DNA from: Macrostomum lignano | Taxonomy: Eukaryota | Length of the DNA: 64,000 nt | NCBI GenBank assembly: GCA_002269645.1 | Contig: NIVC01000450.1 | Location: forward strand, 1-64,000 | Reading direction: 5' to 3' | Position numbers and translations under genes: made by a program | Part shown: positions 18,473-30,800 of the stretch, one piece after another | Position numbering within the stretch: position 1 is the first letter of the stretch | Layout: every line of letters begins with the position of its first letter | The notes under the pieces: generated by a model | The model's database searches: none | Told to the model about the DNA's origin: nothing | What the model saw: the letters and a program-made list of their open reading frames with translations, nothing else

Positions 18473-19519
18473 GCACCTGTGCACCTGCGCATGAACGGTA
18501 ATGAAAACTGGCGTTATATAAAACACATTTATTCAAGATTGATCTTCTGTGTTCCAGAAATAATTTAGTCACCAATAAGCATAAAAATATACTGATAATT
18601 AAATAATCTGCTGCTTCTGCTGATGGTTGATGGTAAAAGCAATATATTGATCAGCGCATTTATTTCGTTTTTTATCTAATTTATTAAGAGGGTTGCCAGG
18701 GGTGAAAGGCTAGGGATGGCAGGAGTGACAGAAGTGACAGTAGTGACAAGAGTGACATTGGTGAGAGGAGTGATAGGGGTGAGAGGAATGACAGGGCTGA
18801 GAGGAGTGACAGGGCTGAGAGGAGTGACAAGGTGACATGAGTGACAGAAGTGACAGAGTGATAATGACAGTTAAGTGACAGTATAGTGACAGATATCAAT
18901 TTCGTGAGCTTTCTTGAATAATAACTGTCTTATAGTTATTTGACCTACTGATGATTGAAGCCTTTTAAATGCATGTAGACTCATTTGATATAATTAGACT
19001 ACTTGAAGTAGCTGAATCGGATTGAACAACTGTATGTTTCAATTTTCACTGAATTATCTTATGCTAATTTCTATTTTATACGTGGCTTCGCCTTCAAATC
19101 TTATTTTTGCTAAATTTTATGCCATGTCACGAGCGAGAGGAAACAGATTTTTAGAAATTCTCCGATTGGATATTATAATACCTTTTCGAGAGTCTGTACT
19201 TCGAAGAGTAGAATAGCCTTGGCCATGGACTTTTAAATTAGAATATCTGGACAAGAAAGTTGAAAATGAAATCCTTGAATTACATTTGGTCCCACTAGAA
19301 GAGTGGGATAATTAATTCCAGAATTATGGGACAGAAAATGAAGGACAGACAGATGGTCCAAAGTTCCTGGCGGCCTCTAAAGTAATTGCTTGGGAAATTT
19401 TTCCTTGTAAATTGCCAATCCTTTTTGAAGAGTTGGATTTTGCTTGTTGAGATAAGTGATTGGCTTGAATGGAATGAAGCTTAGTTACCTCAGATTTGAG
19501 GGTGTCACAAGCTCATTCC

Positions 19520-20165
19520 TAGTCTTCATGAGGGCGCCACAACTTTAGTCCTGGTCTTCATGAGAGCACCACAACTGTAGTCCTGGTCTTCATGAGGGCG
19601 CCACAACTTTATTGTTGGTCTTCATGAGGGCGCCATAACCTTAGTCCTGGTCTTCATGAGGGCGCCACAACTTTATTGTTGGTCTTAATGAGGGCGCCAC
19701 AACCTTAGTCCTGGTCTTCATGAGGGCGCCACAACTTTATTGTTGGTCTTCATGAGGGCGCCACAACTTTAGTCCTGGTCTTCATGAGGGCGCCACAACT
19801 TTAGTCCTGGTCTTCATGAGGGCGCCACAACCTTAGTCCTGGTCTTCATGAGGGCGCCACAAATTTATTGTTGGTCTTAATGAGGGCGCCACAACCTTAG
19901 TCCTGGTCTTTATGAGGGCGCCACAACCTTAGTCCTGGTCTTCATGAGGGCACCACAACCTTAGTCCTGGTCTTCATGAGGGCACCACAACTTTAGTCCT
20001 GGTCTTCATGAGGGCGCTACAACTTCAGTCCTGGTCTTTATGCGGGCACCACAACTTTATTGTTGGTCTTCATGAGGGCACCACAACTTTATTGTTGGTC
20101 TTACTTTAGTCCTGGTCTTCATGAGGGCGCCACAACTATAGTCATGGTCTTCATGAGGGCGCCAC
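19520..20165 (+). repeat. 32-bp minisatellite (ggtcttcatgagggcgccacaactttagtcct), about 20 copies
   Basis: Unit starts at 19745 and 19777. The paralogous array at ~47133-47410 has only about 9 copies. Confidence 0.9.
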
Positions 20166-21988
20166 ACAACCTCACGCAGTTTATCGTTTTGGCGCCAGTC
20201 ACAGTTTTGCTGAGGTGGAGTGAGTTTTGGCCTGTTCCATTTCTAGCAGGCTACTGAAAACTGCCCCCCTGACATTTTCAGCTCCGTGATCTGACCTCAA
20301 GTCCATTAGCGACAGTGATCAAATCAAAAGGTTATTACTGTTATCATCATTAGCTAATTAGCAATTAGTCAGCGCAGCTCCTCATGTAGATTGATCAGTA
20401 TCAAATCTGACGGGTCTTCCCCAGAGGGATCCAGGATGACAGACAGCCCAACTTATTACTTACAAGATTAACAGTGTCAAATGTCCTTTGAGCAAAAATT
20501 GCTTGCTATCTCTTTCAGTTCAGTTAGAAGTCTGCACAGTCCGAGGTCTGGAATCGGGGGGACTGTACTCTGTACTCAAGCTTTGACCTGAGTCCTCTCT
20601 CCTAGCGCTCTTCCAGCTCTCTTCTCCTCAAACAGTCTGTGCCACTTCCGCTTTGCGAGCTGCATCATCTCTACCACTGCTGCTCACTCAGAATGGCACA
20701 CAATACTCTACCCAATGCGGTTCTCAAATCGCTCTCCATCCAATGCGCTTCTCTGAGCTGCCGCCTCATGCAGCCATGAGAATCGCACCTGGGTTCGCAT
20801 CTCTTCTCTCTTTTTGTGAGGCTAGCTAATGATTTTTCTGCTTTTAAGGATCTGCTTTTAAAGGGACTGAAAGTTAAGGGGCTTAGATGAACTCTGAGTC
20901 CTATATTGAATTTCTATGTTATCTGCTTTTTTACATATAAATACTCAGGTCACTCCCAGGTTACTCTTTGAGGGACCTGGCCCATCGGCGTGCCATCCGA
21001 CTCTTCGTATCGCTCGTCAGCGAATTCACATCGGAGCCAGCGCGGCGAAGAAGATGCGAGTCAGTGTCGATGGCACGCAAAATACTGTCTATTCATCGGT
21101 TAAAATGCGAGGTAACGACAGGTCATTTACTGAAGGTCACTGATTCGAAGTGACATTTCCAATGCTCAATATATATTATAATAAATCCAGCTGATGATAA
21201 AGCATATACTTCAAAATATATTTAATTAAACCCAAAAGAAGAAACAGGAGCAGAATTGGCACAATAGGGGATGCGCGGAAGCAACCCCATAAAGGCAGCA
21301 GCTCGAATTAAAAATGAATTTGGCATTACAAATACAAACAGCGATGCAAGAAAATTGGAAAATAAAACTTTAAAGAAAATAATTTGAGCTCACGCAGGCA
21401 GCCAAAAACCGCCGAGTCAACTGGGCGAGAAGCCAATAAAAGGGGCGACCTCGCAGAGGCTAAAGCCCACCCCACCAGGCCGCCACCCCACGCACGCAGA
21501 GCCAAGCACCCCCATCACAGAGCGGACAGAGGGAGAGAGAGAACGTACGCAAAGCGACACAAGGAAGGGCAGAGGGGCTTAAAACTGGTTACTGACTAGT
21601 CAAGACCAGTCACAAACCAACACATACAATTTTTTTATGAATCATATGGAATAATAATGAAGGATCGGTACATCTATCAAAGAATACCACGCATATATGT
21701 TCTGATAGTCAATTTATAGTAGCTTGATATCTTGATAGTAACTTCAAGAAAAATTATGATACAAAAAAATGATAAAACTTGTACCATGGGCAAGAGGCGC
21801 TAGAAAACCTGGTGGTCACTTAGTAAGCAAAGCAAAAAAAGTGTCTTGAGCTTTACATGGCACCGCCAACTCTCATTGATAAAGTGAGGAATTGTAGTAC
21901 ATGCAGAATAAATATGAAGCAAGCTTTGAATGAACAATGTGTCTGGATGTATGTCAACTGAAATCGACAGCACCCCCTTAATCCGTGT

Positions 21989-22729
21989 TCACTCAGCTTC
22001 TTCCGGCAGCAGAACCACCCTAGCAGCGAAGGAGCTCCCATCAGGCAGACCGAGCAGCTGGGCCCTGCTGAGTCCAGTCGGAGCCCGAATCTCAATGGAC
22101 TCCCGTTCCTCATCTCCAGCTGCATCCGGTCTGTCCAGCAGCCTCAGCTGATTGGCCGGAAGTCTCTTCGGAACCAGAGTCGCTGAGCTCCCTTCCTGAA
22201 GCTGCGGCTGGCCGTCCGGAGGAAAAACGGCGACCCGCACAGTCGACCGGAACGGCCACTGCAGAGTTCGGTCGTGCGGCGTCGGTCGCAGCCGCAGACG
22301 GAAGCGAAACTCAACGGCGCCAGTCAGGGACTCGAGGAAGCGGGCCTGAATGTCCAGGCCGTAGCCGAACTGCTGCGTGAGGCAGCTGTGCCAGCCGGCA
22401 TTCTCAGCGAGCAGGTCCGGGATGCTCAGCTCGAACACGGAGATCACGCGCTCGCAGTGAGCCCCCAGTCGATGCAGCTTCCTCTTGAGCTCGTCGATTT
22501 CCAACTGTTTTCTACGAAGTTCCTGCTGGTTTTGTCTGACGCTTCGCTTCAAGCGATCGACTTTCTGTTGAAGATTCCGCAGCTTGTCGCTCACCAAGCG
22601 TATGTGCTCATGCCTGCCGTCAGGGGACTCATAGTGCTGAGTCTCAGACTGCGGGCCATTGAACACGAATCCGCAGCCGAAATCGAAGAAGTCGCAGCGA
22701 TATTCTCCAGCTGGCACTTGAGCCGTCAT
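21989..22729 (-). CDS. Short TRAF-like adaptor (one Zn-finger-like segment, coiled coil, MATH/TRAF-C domain; no RING), 246 aa from the ATG at 22729
   Basis: YRCDFFDFGC...H...H segment, heptad-rich KLRNLQQKVDRLKRSVRQNQQELRRKQLEIDELKRKL, then QQFGYGL...FRLRLRPTPHDRTLQWPFRSTV, which matches the TRAF-C GY...D..L.WPF signature. An upstream exon cannot be excluded. Confidence 0.8.
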   Translation of the reverse strand: MTAQVPAGEYRCDFFDFGCGFVFNGPQSETQHYESPDGRHEHIRLVSDKLRNLQQKVDRLKRSVRQNQQELRRKQLEIDELKRKLHRLGAHCERVISVFELSIPDLLAENAGWHSCLTQQFGYGLDIQARFLESLTGAVEFRFRLRLRPTPHDRTLQWPFRSTVRVAVFPPDGQPQLQEGSSATLVPKRLPANQLRLLDRPDAAGDEERESIEIRAPTGLSRAQLLGLPDGSSFAARVVLLPEEAE

Positions 22730-23270
22730 TGAGTCGATTTTGTTACCTTGTGGCAAATTTCCTCGTAAAACCGTTTATTGTGGCTGAAAACAGAATTATT
22801 GCGCTGTCCAGTCAAGTGAACTTTTTTCAATGGGTGGTCGACAGGTAATATAAAGGATGCACTGCTCAGCAGTGGTAGGTGGGGGTCCATAGCGGAATGC
22901 AGAAGCGCATTGCAAAACTACAGCACACCATTCATTCCAGATGGGCATCAAAAGCGAAGCAGAAAGTTGACCGACTCAGGACTGACCTCCATCAAAACCT
23001 CTAACTCAACCAGAGTAAAACTAAGTCCAACCGCCTATGACTTACACCCGGTGGCAATATGCGTGTTTATTTTTAAATCCATACTCTACGCTCGTAAACA
23101 GAAACTAAAGTCGAAGCGGTGCATTTGGGTTTTCGCACAGAGAAGGCATAAAATATTGACGCTAATATTGAAATGGCTGCAGTTTTGAGTTTATCAGCAG
23201 AGTGCGAAGCTCTTGGATCGGATAAAAAAGGGAATGGCAACTGAGACTGCGACCTGCCTGTCCGGTCAGT

Positions 23271-25430
23271 GAATGTTCATGAGGGAGCTGTCAGGCTGTC
23301 AGTCACTGAATGTTCATGAGGGAGCTGTCAGGCTGTCAGTCAGTGAATGTTCATGAGGGAGCTGTCAGGCTGTCAGTCACTGAATGTTCATGAGGGAGCT
23401 GTCAGGCTGTCAGTCAGTGAATGTTCATGAGGGAGCTGTCAGGCTGTCAGTCACTGAATGTTCATGAGGGAGCTGTCAGGCTGTCAGTCACTGAATGTTC
23501 ATGAGGGAGCTGTCAGGCTGTCAGTCACTGAATGTTCATGAGGGAGCTGTCAGGCTGTCAGTCACTGAATGTTCATGAGGGAGCTGTCAGGCTGTCAGTC
23601 ACTGAATGTTCATGAGGGAGCTGTCAGGCTGTCAGTCACTGAATGTTCATGAGGGAGCTGTCAGGCTGTCAGTCACTGAATGTTCATGAGGGAGCTGTCA
23701 GGCTGTCAGTCACTGAATGTTCATGAGGGAGCTGTCAGGCTGTCAGTCACTGAATGTTCATGAGGGAGCTGTCAGGCTGTCAGTCAGTGAATGTTCATGA
23801 GGGAGCTGTCAGGCTGTCAGTCAGTGAATGTTCATGAGGGAGCTGTCAGGCTGTCAGTCACTGAATGTTCATGAGGGAGCTGTCAGGCTGTCAGTCACTG
23901 AATGTTCATGAGGGAGCTGTCAGGCTGTCAGTCAGTGAATGTTCATGAGGGAGCTGTCAGGCTGTCAGTCACTGAATGTTCATGAGGGAGCTGTCAGGCT
24001 GTCGGTCACTGAATGTTCATGAGGGAGCTGTCAGGCTGTCAGTCATTAAATGTTCATGAGGGAGCTGTCAGGCTGTCAGTCACTGAATGTTCATGAGGGA
24101 GCTGTCAGGCTGTCAGTCACTGAATGTTCATGAGGGAGCTGTCAGGCTGTCGGTCACTGAATGTTCATGAGGGAGCTGTCAGGCTGTCAGTCACTGAATG
24201 TTCATGAGGGAGCTGTCAGGCTGTCAGTCACTGAATGTTCATGAGGGAGCTGTCAGGCTGTCAGTCACTGAATGTTCATGAGGGAGCTGTCAGGCTGTCA
24301 GTCACTGAATGTTCATGAGGGAGCTGTCAGGCTGTCAGTCACTGAATGTTCATGAGGGAGCTGTCAGGCTGTCAGTCAGTGAATGTTCATGAGGGAGCTG
24401 TCAGGCTGTCAGTCAGTGAATGTTCATGAGGGAGCTGTCAGGCTGTCAGTCACTGAATGTTCATGAGGGAGCTGTCAGGCTGTCAGTCACTGAATGTTCA
24501 TGAGGGAGCTGTCAGGCTGTCGGTCACTGAATGTTCATGAGGGAGCTGTCAGGCTGTCAGTCATTAAATGTTCATGAGGGAGCTGTCAGGCTGTCAGTCA
24601 CTGAATGTTCATGAGGGAGCTGTCAGGCTGTCAGTCACTGAATGTTCATGAGGGAGCTGTCAGGCTGTCGGTCACTGAATGTTCATGAGGGAGCTGTCAG
24701 GCTGTCAGTCACTGAATGTTCATGAGGGAGCTGTCAGGCTGTCAGTCACTGAATGTTCATGAGGGAGCTGTCAGGCTGTCAGTCACTGAATGTTCATGAG
24801 GGAGCTGTCAGGCTGTCAGTCACTGAATGTTCATGAGGGAGCTGTCAGGCTGTCAGTCACTGAATGTTCATGAGGGAGCTGTCAGGCTGTCAGTCACTGA
24901 ATGTTCATGAGGGAGCTGTCAGGCTGTCAGTCACTGAATGTTCATGAGGGAGCTGTCAGGCTGTCAGTCACTGAATGTTCATGAGGGAGCTGTCAGGCTG
25001 TCAGTCACTGAATGTTCATGAGGGAGCTGTCAGGCTGTCAGTCACTGAATGTTCATGAGGGAGCTGTCAGGCTGTCAGTCACTGAATGTTCATGAGGGAG
25101 CTGTCAGGCTGTCAGTCACTGAATGTTCATGAGGGAGCTGTCAGGCTGTCAGTCACTGAATGTTCATGAGGGAGCTGTCAGGCTGTCAGTCAGTGAATGT
25201 TCATGAGGGAGCTGTCAGGCTGTCAGTCACTGAATGTTCATGAGGGAGCTGTCAGGCTGTCAGTCATTAAATGTTCATGAGGGAGCTGTCAGGCTGTCAG
25301 TCACTGAATGTTCATGAGGGAGCTGTCAGGCTGTCAGTCACTGAATGTTCATGAGGGAGCTGTCAGGCTGTCAGTCACTGAATGTTCATGAGGGAGCTGT
25401 CAGGCTGTCAGTCACTGAATGTTCATGAGA
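23271..25430 (+). repeat. 37-bp minisatellite (gaatgttcatgagggagctgtcaggctgtcagtcact), about 58 copies
   Basis: Unit starts at 23271 and 23308; the array is very homogeneous. Confidence 0.97.
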
Positions 25431-25519
25431 AGCTGGAAGGGAGGAAGGAAGGAAAGTAAAAATAGAGGAGGGAGTGGGGGAGAAAGAGAGGAAGAAAAGG
25501 AGAGGGAAGCGAGCAATTG

Positions 25520-26127
25520 GGGCTGCTTTGTGGCTGTAAATTTTATAACGAATTTTAAAGAATCTTCGTGAATCCTACGTCTGATCCTTGACTGCTGTCA
25601 GAGTGGCAGATGTCAGTCACGGCTGCTGTCAGAGCGGCAGGTGATTCAAAGGTTTGTTCAGTCGGTTGCCAGAAAGATTTTACCGCCTCATCTCTCAGCT
25701 GTCCGCCTTTTTGCAGCCTCTGGCGAGGCCGACCACCCCCGCCCCAGCCTGAGCAGCCGAAACTTCCCTCCCGAGCATGAGCGCTGAGTCCGCCGCCTTC
25801 ACCCCTGTGCACCCAGCATGGCAATGGAGAGGCTGCGGCTGCAGCGGCCACCCCTAGCTGTACTTGATGAGGCTGAGCTGACCCATTGTGCCTCAGTGCA
25901 GTGTGAGATCTTTAAATGCATTTAATGGCCCACTGAGTGGTGTCAAATGCTGCTCAGTCCCTCAGTGCATCGGTTTGAGGAGGCGGTCAAATGTTCAAGA
26001 AAATTCATTGTTAAGTTGGGTCAGTTTTCTCTCTCTGCCCACTGGCCCTCTTAACTGTACAGCAGTTGTAGAGAATCGGTTGTCTAGCAACAGGGCTCTC
26101 CTATTCTTTCACCTGTCTCTCTCGTGC
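25520..26127 (+). repeat. Dispersed non-coding segment, copy 2 (paralogue of 5160-6303)
   Basis: Co-linear with copy 1, but carries only about 1.5 units of the 31-mer and lacks the 20-bp array at its right end. Confidence 0.85.
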
Positions 26128-26254
26128 GCAGCTCAGGCAGTTGAGAGTCTGCTGGGCTGAGTTTGGCAACTGCAATAGTTAAAATTCGTTTGCTTTTCTA
26201 CAGATGCCTCTCATCACTGCCGCTCCTTCTGTTTCATATTCTAAACACTCAGTA

Positions 26255-26482
26255 TGCCTACAGCCACCATCCCTACTGTCACCATCCCTACAGTCACCAT
26301 CCGTACAGTCACCATCCCTACAGTCACCATCCCTACAGTCACCATCCCTACAGTCACCATCACTACAGTCACCATCCCTACAGTCAGCATCCCTACAGTC
26401 ACCATCCCTTCAGTCAGCATCCCTACAGTCACCATCCCTACAGTCACCATCCCTACAGTCACCATCCCTACAGTCACCATCC
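26255..26482 (+). repeat. 15-bp minisatellite (cagtcaccatcccta), about 15 copies
   Basis: Direct tandem repeats. Confidence 0.9.
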
Positions 26483-27823
26483 CTTTTTGCGTTTTTACGC
26501 ACCGGGGAAGGTGGTTGCCTAGGGTTGAGCATCTTGGCACGGCCAGGGAGTCCCAGCAATCCGGGTCGCCGCGCATGGGTGTAGTTGGCGCGTGAGTCTT
26601 CACCTGTTAACAAAGCGGTCTCTTCTCTTGTCTTCCCTTCTGCTTCTGTTGCAGCAGAGTTCGATTGGAGAAAAATTGGAGAGCTGCTTGATTGACTAGG
26701 TGGGACTCACTGGCTAGAGGTCGTTTTTAGGGCCACTTGGTGAAAGATTCTTCTGTACAAAGCTCTGGCATGGTTCTCGAGTTCTGAAATCGCATTTGCT
26801 CACTGCTGGACTTTCTGTGCTTTGGCCTGCGAGCGCTTCTGCGGCGATTTCTGCGGCAGGTGCGGTCGGGGACAGGAGATGGAGTGCGGCTCGGCTTGCT
26901 CAGGAAATTCGGCTAAGAAATGCCGTGGAGGCCATCGAAACTCGATCTTGAGGCTGGTCTCAGAACCACGGGTGTCCAACCGGACCTGTGAGACAGGGTT
27001 TTGACTGGGAATCAGATGGGGCGCCAATCTGAAGGGTGACAGATAAGGCGCCAATCTACGCTCGTAGAGGGTGTCAGATGAGACTCCAATCTAGAGGGTG
27101 TCAGATGGAGCGCAAATCTAGCTAGAGGGCGTCAGATCGAGCGCCAATCTAGAGGGTGTCAGATGGGACTCCAATCTAGAGGGTGTCAGATGGAGCGCAA
27201 ATCTAGCTAGAGGGCGTCAGATCGAGCGCCAATCTAGAGGGTGTCAGATGGGACTCCAATCTAGAGGGTGTCAGATGGGACTGCAATCTAGAGGTTGTCA
27301 GATGGGACTCCAATCTAGAGGGTGTCAGATGGGACTGCAATCTAGAGGGTGTCAGAAGGGACTGCAATCTAGAGGGTGTCAGATGGGACTGCAATCTAGA
27401 GGGTGTCAGAAGGGACTGCAATCTAGAGGGTGTCAGATGGGAATCTAATCTAGAGGGTGTCAGATGGGACTCCAATCTAGAGGGTGTCAGAAGGGACTGC
27501 AATCTAGAGAGTGTCAGATGAGGCTCCAATCTAGAGGGTGTCAGATGGGGCTCCAATCTAGAGGGTGTCAGATGAGGCGCCAATCTAGAGGGTGTCAGAT
27601 GGGACTCCAATCTAGAGGGTGTCAGATGGGGCTCCAATCTAGAGGGTGTCAGATGGGACTCCAATCTAGAGGGTGTCAGATGAGGCTCCAATCTAGAGGG
27701 TGTCAGATGGGACTCCAATCTAGAGGGTGTCAGATGGGACTGCAATCTAGAGGGTGTCAGATGGGACTGCAATCTAGAGGGTGTCAGATGGGACTGCAAT
27801 CTAGAGGTTGTCAGATGGGACTC

Positions 27824-30800
27824 TGTTGATTCTGAAGGCACAGACACTATAACACCAATTTTGATGTAGCCTATAGCTAACTCGGTAATTTCTTAAGTGC
27901 TCCAGTTGAGCAGCTCTCACCATCACTTTTATTTATTGTGGCCTTAGAACGAGGCACCGCTCATTCAAGTTGTACTGTAATGCTAGTGGCGGTCATGCCA
28001 TAGATAAAAGTCTATATCAAATTAATACATCTAACACTCCTTCCCGATAGTTTCTGCAACTGTCCGAGTTCACTCCAGTTCACGCGCAATCCGGGCTTCC
28101 TAAAGTTGAGTAGTTCAATCTGTCGGGTGCCTTCCGCGTGCGCTGGCAGCGATGACCTCTTTCAGGTTGTCCAGGCTCTTCCGTCGGGTTACTTGTGTTC
28201 TGGTCAGCAACACCTTGCTGTGACCTCTCCTGAGGCTCGCTAGTTTCAACGGGAATCCTTGGTTTTGTCTGCTCCAGATGATATCGGCTGTGTTTTCCGT
28301 CTTCCAATTGTACACCCACAATTTTCTTACCTTCTCTAGCAACGATTTCACCGGGCTTCCATTTCTCGGTTTCGTTCCTGTAGGTCTTTACCCACACCGG
28401 TTCTTTGGCCAAGGTCAACGTTGCCGTCCGAAGCAGATGTCCTCGCATTAACTCTGCAGGTGCCCTTCCTGTCGTGGAGTGATGGGAGTTCATGTACTGT
28501 AGAAGGAAGCGGTCGACACTGGTTTGTAGATCGTCTTCGCCTCCTGATGCCGCCACATGGTTCTTCAGGTCTCTCACAAACCTTTCGGCAAGGCCGTTTG
28601 ATCGTGGGTGGTACGGAGGCGTGAGCACGTGTCTGCATCCGTTTCCTTTGAGCCAGCCCTCCATCTCCACTGAAGTGAATTGTGGACCATTGTCAGTAAC
28701 CAATGTTGCGGGAACACCTTCTTGCGAGAACGTTCTTCGGAAACGTCGGATAGTCTCTGCCGATGTGGTTGACTGCGTAACATGTACTTCTGCCCATTTG
28801 CTGTAGGCATCGACTATTACGAGCAGGTACTTGTTGCCCTTAAACGGTCCAGCGTAGTCTGCGTGCACACGGCACCACTTTTCGCTTTCCTCTGGCCAAG
28901 ATGCCCATTGGATTGATGCTCCATGGTCTTTATTTGTCTGGCAAGCGACGCATTGCTTGGTATGCCTAGTGACATCAGCGTCTATTCCTGGCCACCATAC
29001 GCATTGTCTGGCGATGGATTTCATCTTGTCCGCGCCTATGTGGCCGTCGTGCAATAGTTGAAGAACTCTTTGTCGCTCCTCCTGCGGGATCAGCAGGCGT
29101 ATTCCTCTGTAAAGAAGACCGTTCTCGATCACCAGTTCGTCACGAGTTCGAGCGTATGTTGGTAGCTCCTTGATTCCTTGGGCTGTCCAGCCATGCTTGA
29201 CGAGCGCAAACAGCCGTCGCATCTCCTGATCAAGCATTGAAGTGCGCCTAAGCCGCTGCTTGTCAACTGGTATATCGAGTAGACTGTCCTGAATCGAGTT
29301 GACGTCGAATTTCTCGCTCTCCGCGGCACTATTATTCAATCGAGATAGGGAATCGGCGACAGGGATCTCCTCGGAACGCTTACACTCGATGACGTAATCA
29401 TACTCCATGAGTGTGATCGCCCATCGCTGTAGCCTAGCAGCAGCAACCGTAGACAAGGCCTTTCCAGGGTTGAACAAAAATTTCAGTGGGTGATGGTCCG
29501 TCCTGAGCACGAACTTGCGTCCTAGCAGATATTTGTGGAGGCGTTTAACCGCCCAGACTATGGCTAGCGCCTCTCTTTCGATCTGTGCATAATTTCTCTC
29601 AGCCTGTGTCAACGTCTTGGAGATAAATAGAACAGGACCGGACGACTGTTCCAACACGGCTCCCAGTCCCACCGGTGATGCATCAGTCGTAAGTATAATA
29701 TTGTCAGCTGGATCGAATGACTTTAGAAGTCCGGCGTTGAGCAATCTTTCCTTGATTGTGTTAAAGGCCTTCTGTTCTTGCCTTCCCCAGGTCCATCGCA
29801 CACCTGACCTGGTTAGATTGGTCAATGACTCTTTCAACGTAGCCAAGTTAGGAATGCATCGTCCATAGAAATCGACCATTCCCAAGAACGCCTGTAGTTG
29901 TTTGAGGTCGCTTGGCTCTTTTAATCCGGCAATGGCTTCCACTTTCTCCTTTAGAGGGCGAATTCCATCAGCACTGATCTCGTAGCCCAAAAATCGTATT
30001 GACGACTTGTTTAGTACAGACTTGTCAGCATTTATGCGAAGTCCATTGTTTTCCAGGATCTTCATTACAGTGTTGAGCCTTTTGTCATGATCAGTCTGAC
30101 CTTGGCCCCAGATAAGGATATCGTCCTGGTAGGATATCACGCCGTCGAGGTTTAGCAGGAGTTTATCCATATGTGACTGGAAGATAGCGGGTGCTTGTTT
30201 TACCCCAAAAGCCAGTGCGGTTGGACGAAACAGGCCGAAGGGTGTGCTCCAAGTTTGCATCTGACTAGTCTCGGCGTCGACTGATACCTGCAAGTATGCG
30301 TTTGTGAGATCTAGCGTGGAGAATTTCCGGGCTCGACCCAATCTGGACATCACTTCATCTATTGATGGCGTCGTCGACACCATGTCTTCCAAGACTGGGT
30401 TCAGTGTTATCTTATAGTCGCCACAAATCCTGATACTACCCGATTGCTTTCTGACACACACTATAGGCGTAGCCCATTCGCTTGATTGCACTTTCTCTAA
30501 CTGTCCTTCAGATTCCATTCTTCGTAGCTCGTTCTTTACGTCTTCTTGAATACCATAGGGAATCGGTCTTGGCTTGCAGAAAACAGGTTTTGCGCCTGGC
30601 CTGATCGATAGTGACACCTTCACGGTGTCGACTGGAGACATGCGACTTGATTGCCGTTCTTCAGTAGTGTCAGCATTACCACCTTGGGTTATGGCGACAT
30701 AAAGCTCCGGCTCCAGCTCTGCAATCCAGTCCAAACCATATATGGGCTCCACATCTCTGTGGTCAACGACAAACAATGGCAGGTTTGCTACTGCGCCGCC

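Larger units (their letters stand above)
7835..20620 (+). repeat. Segmental duplication, copy A (copy B 33488-47885)
   Basis: Both copies have the same order of LINE remnant, LTR element, AAC tail, 12-bp satellite, Cys-module gene and downstream unique DNA. Confidence 0.95.

Noticed and set aside
20640-20830. GC-richer segment reading HFRFASCIISTTAAHSEWHTILYPMRFSNRSPSNALL*, possibly a retroelement end
   Set aside because: No diagnostic motif and no second copy in the window.
21375-21440. Peptide ELTQAAKNRRVNWARS, reminiscent of Tc1/mariner transposases
   Set aside because: Too short, flanked by stops, and without a DDE region or TIRs.
23271-25430. CRISPR-like periodicity of the 37-bp and 44-bp arrays
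   Set aside because: The units are contiguous with no unique spacers, there are no cas genes, and the context is eukaryotic.
26800-26988. Possible minus-strand terminal exon VRLDTRGSETSLKIEFRWPP...KVQQ*
   Set aside because: An acceptor-like site exists, but there is no recognisable domain and no compatible upstream exon.
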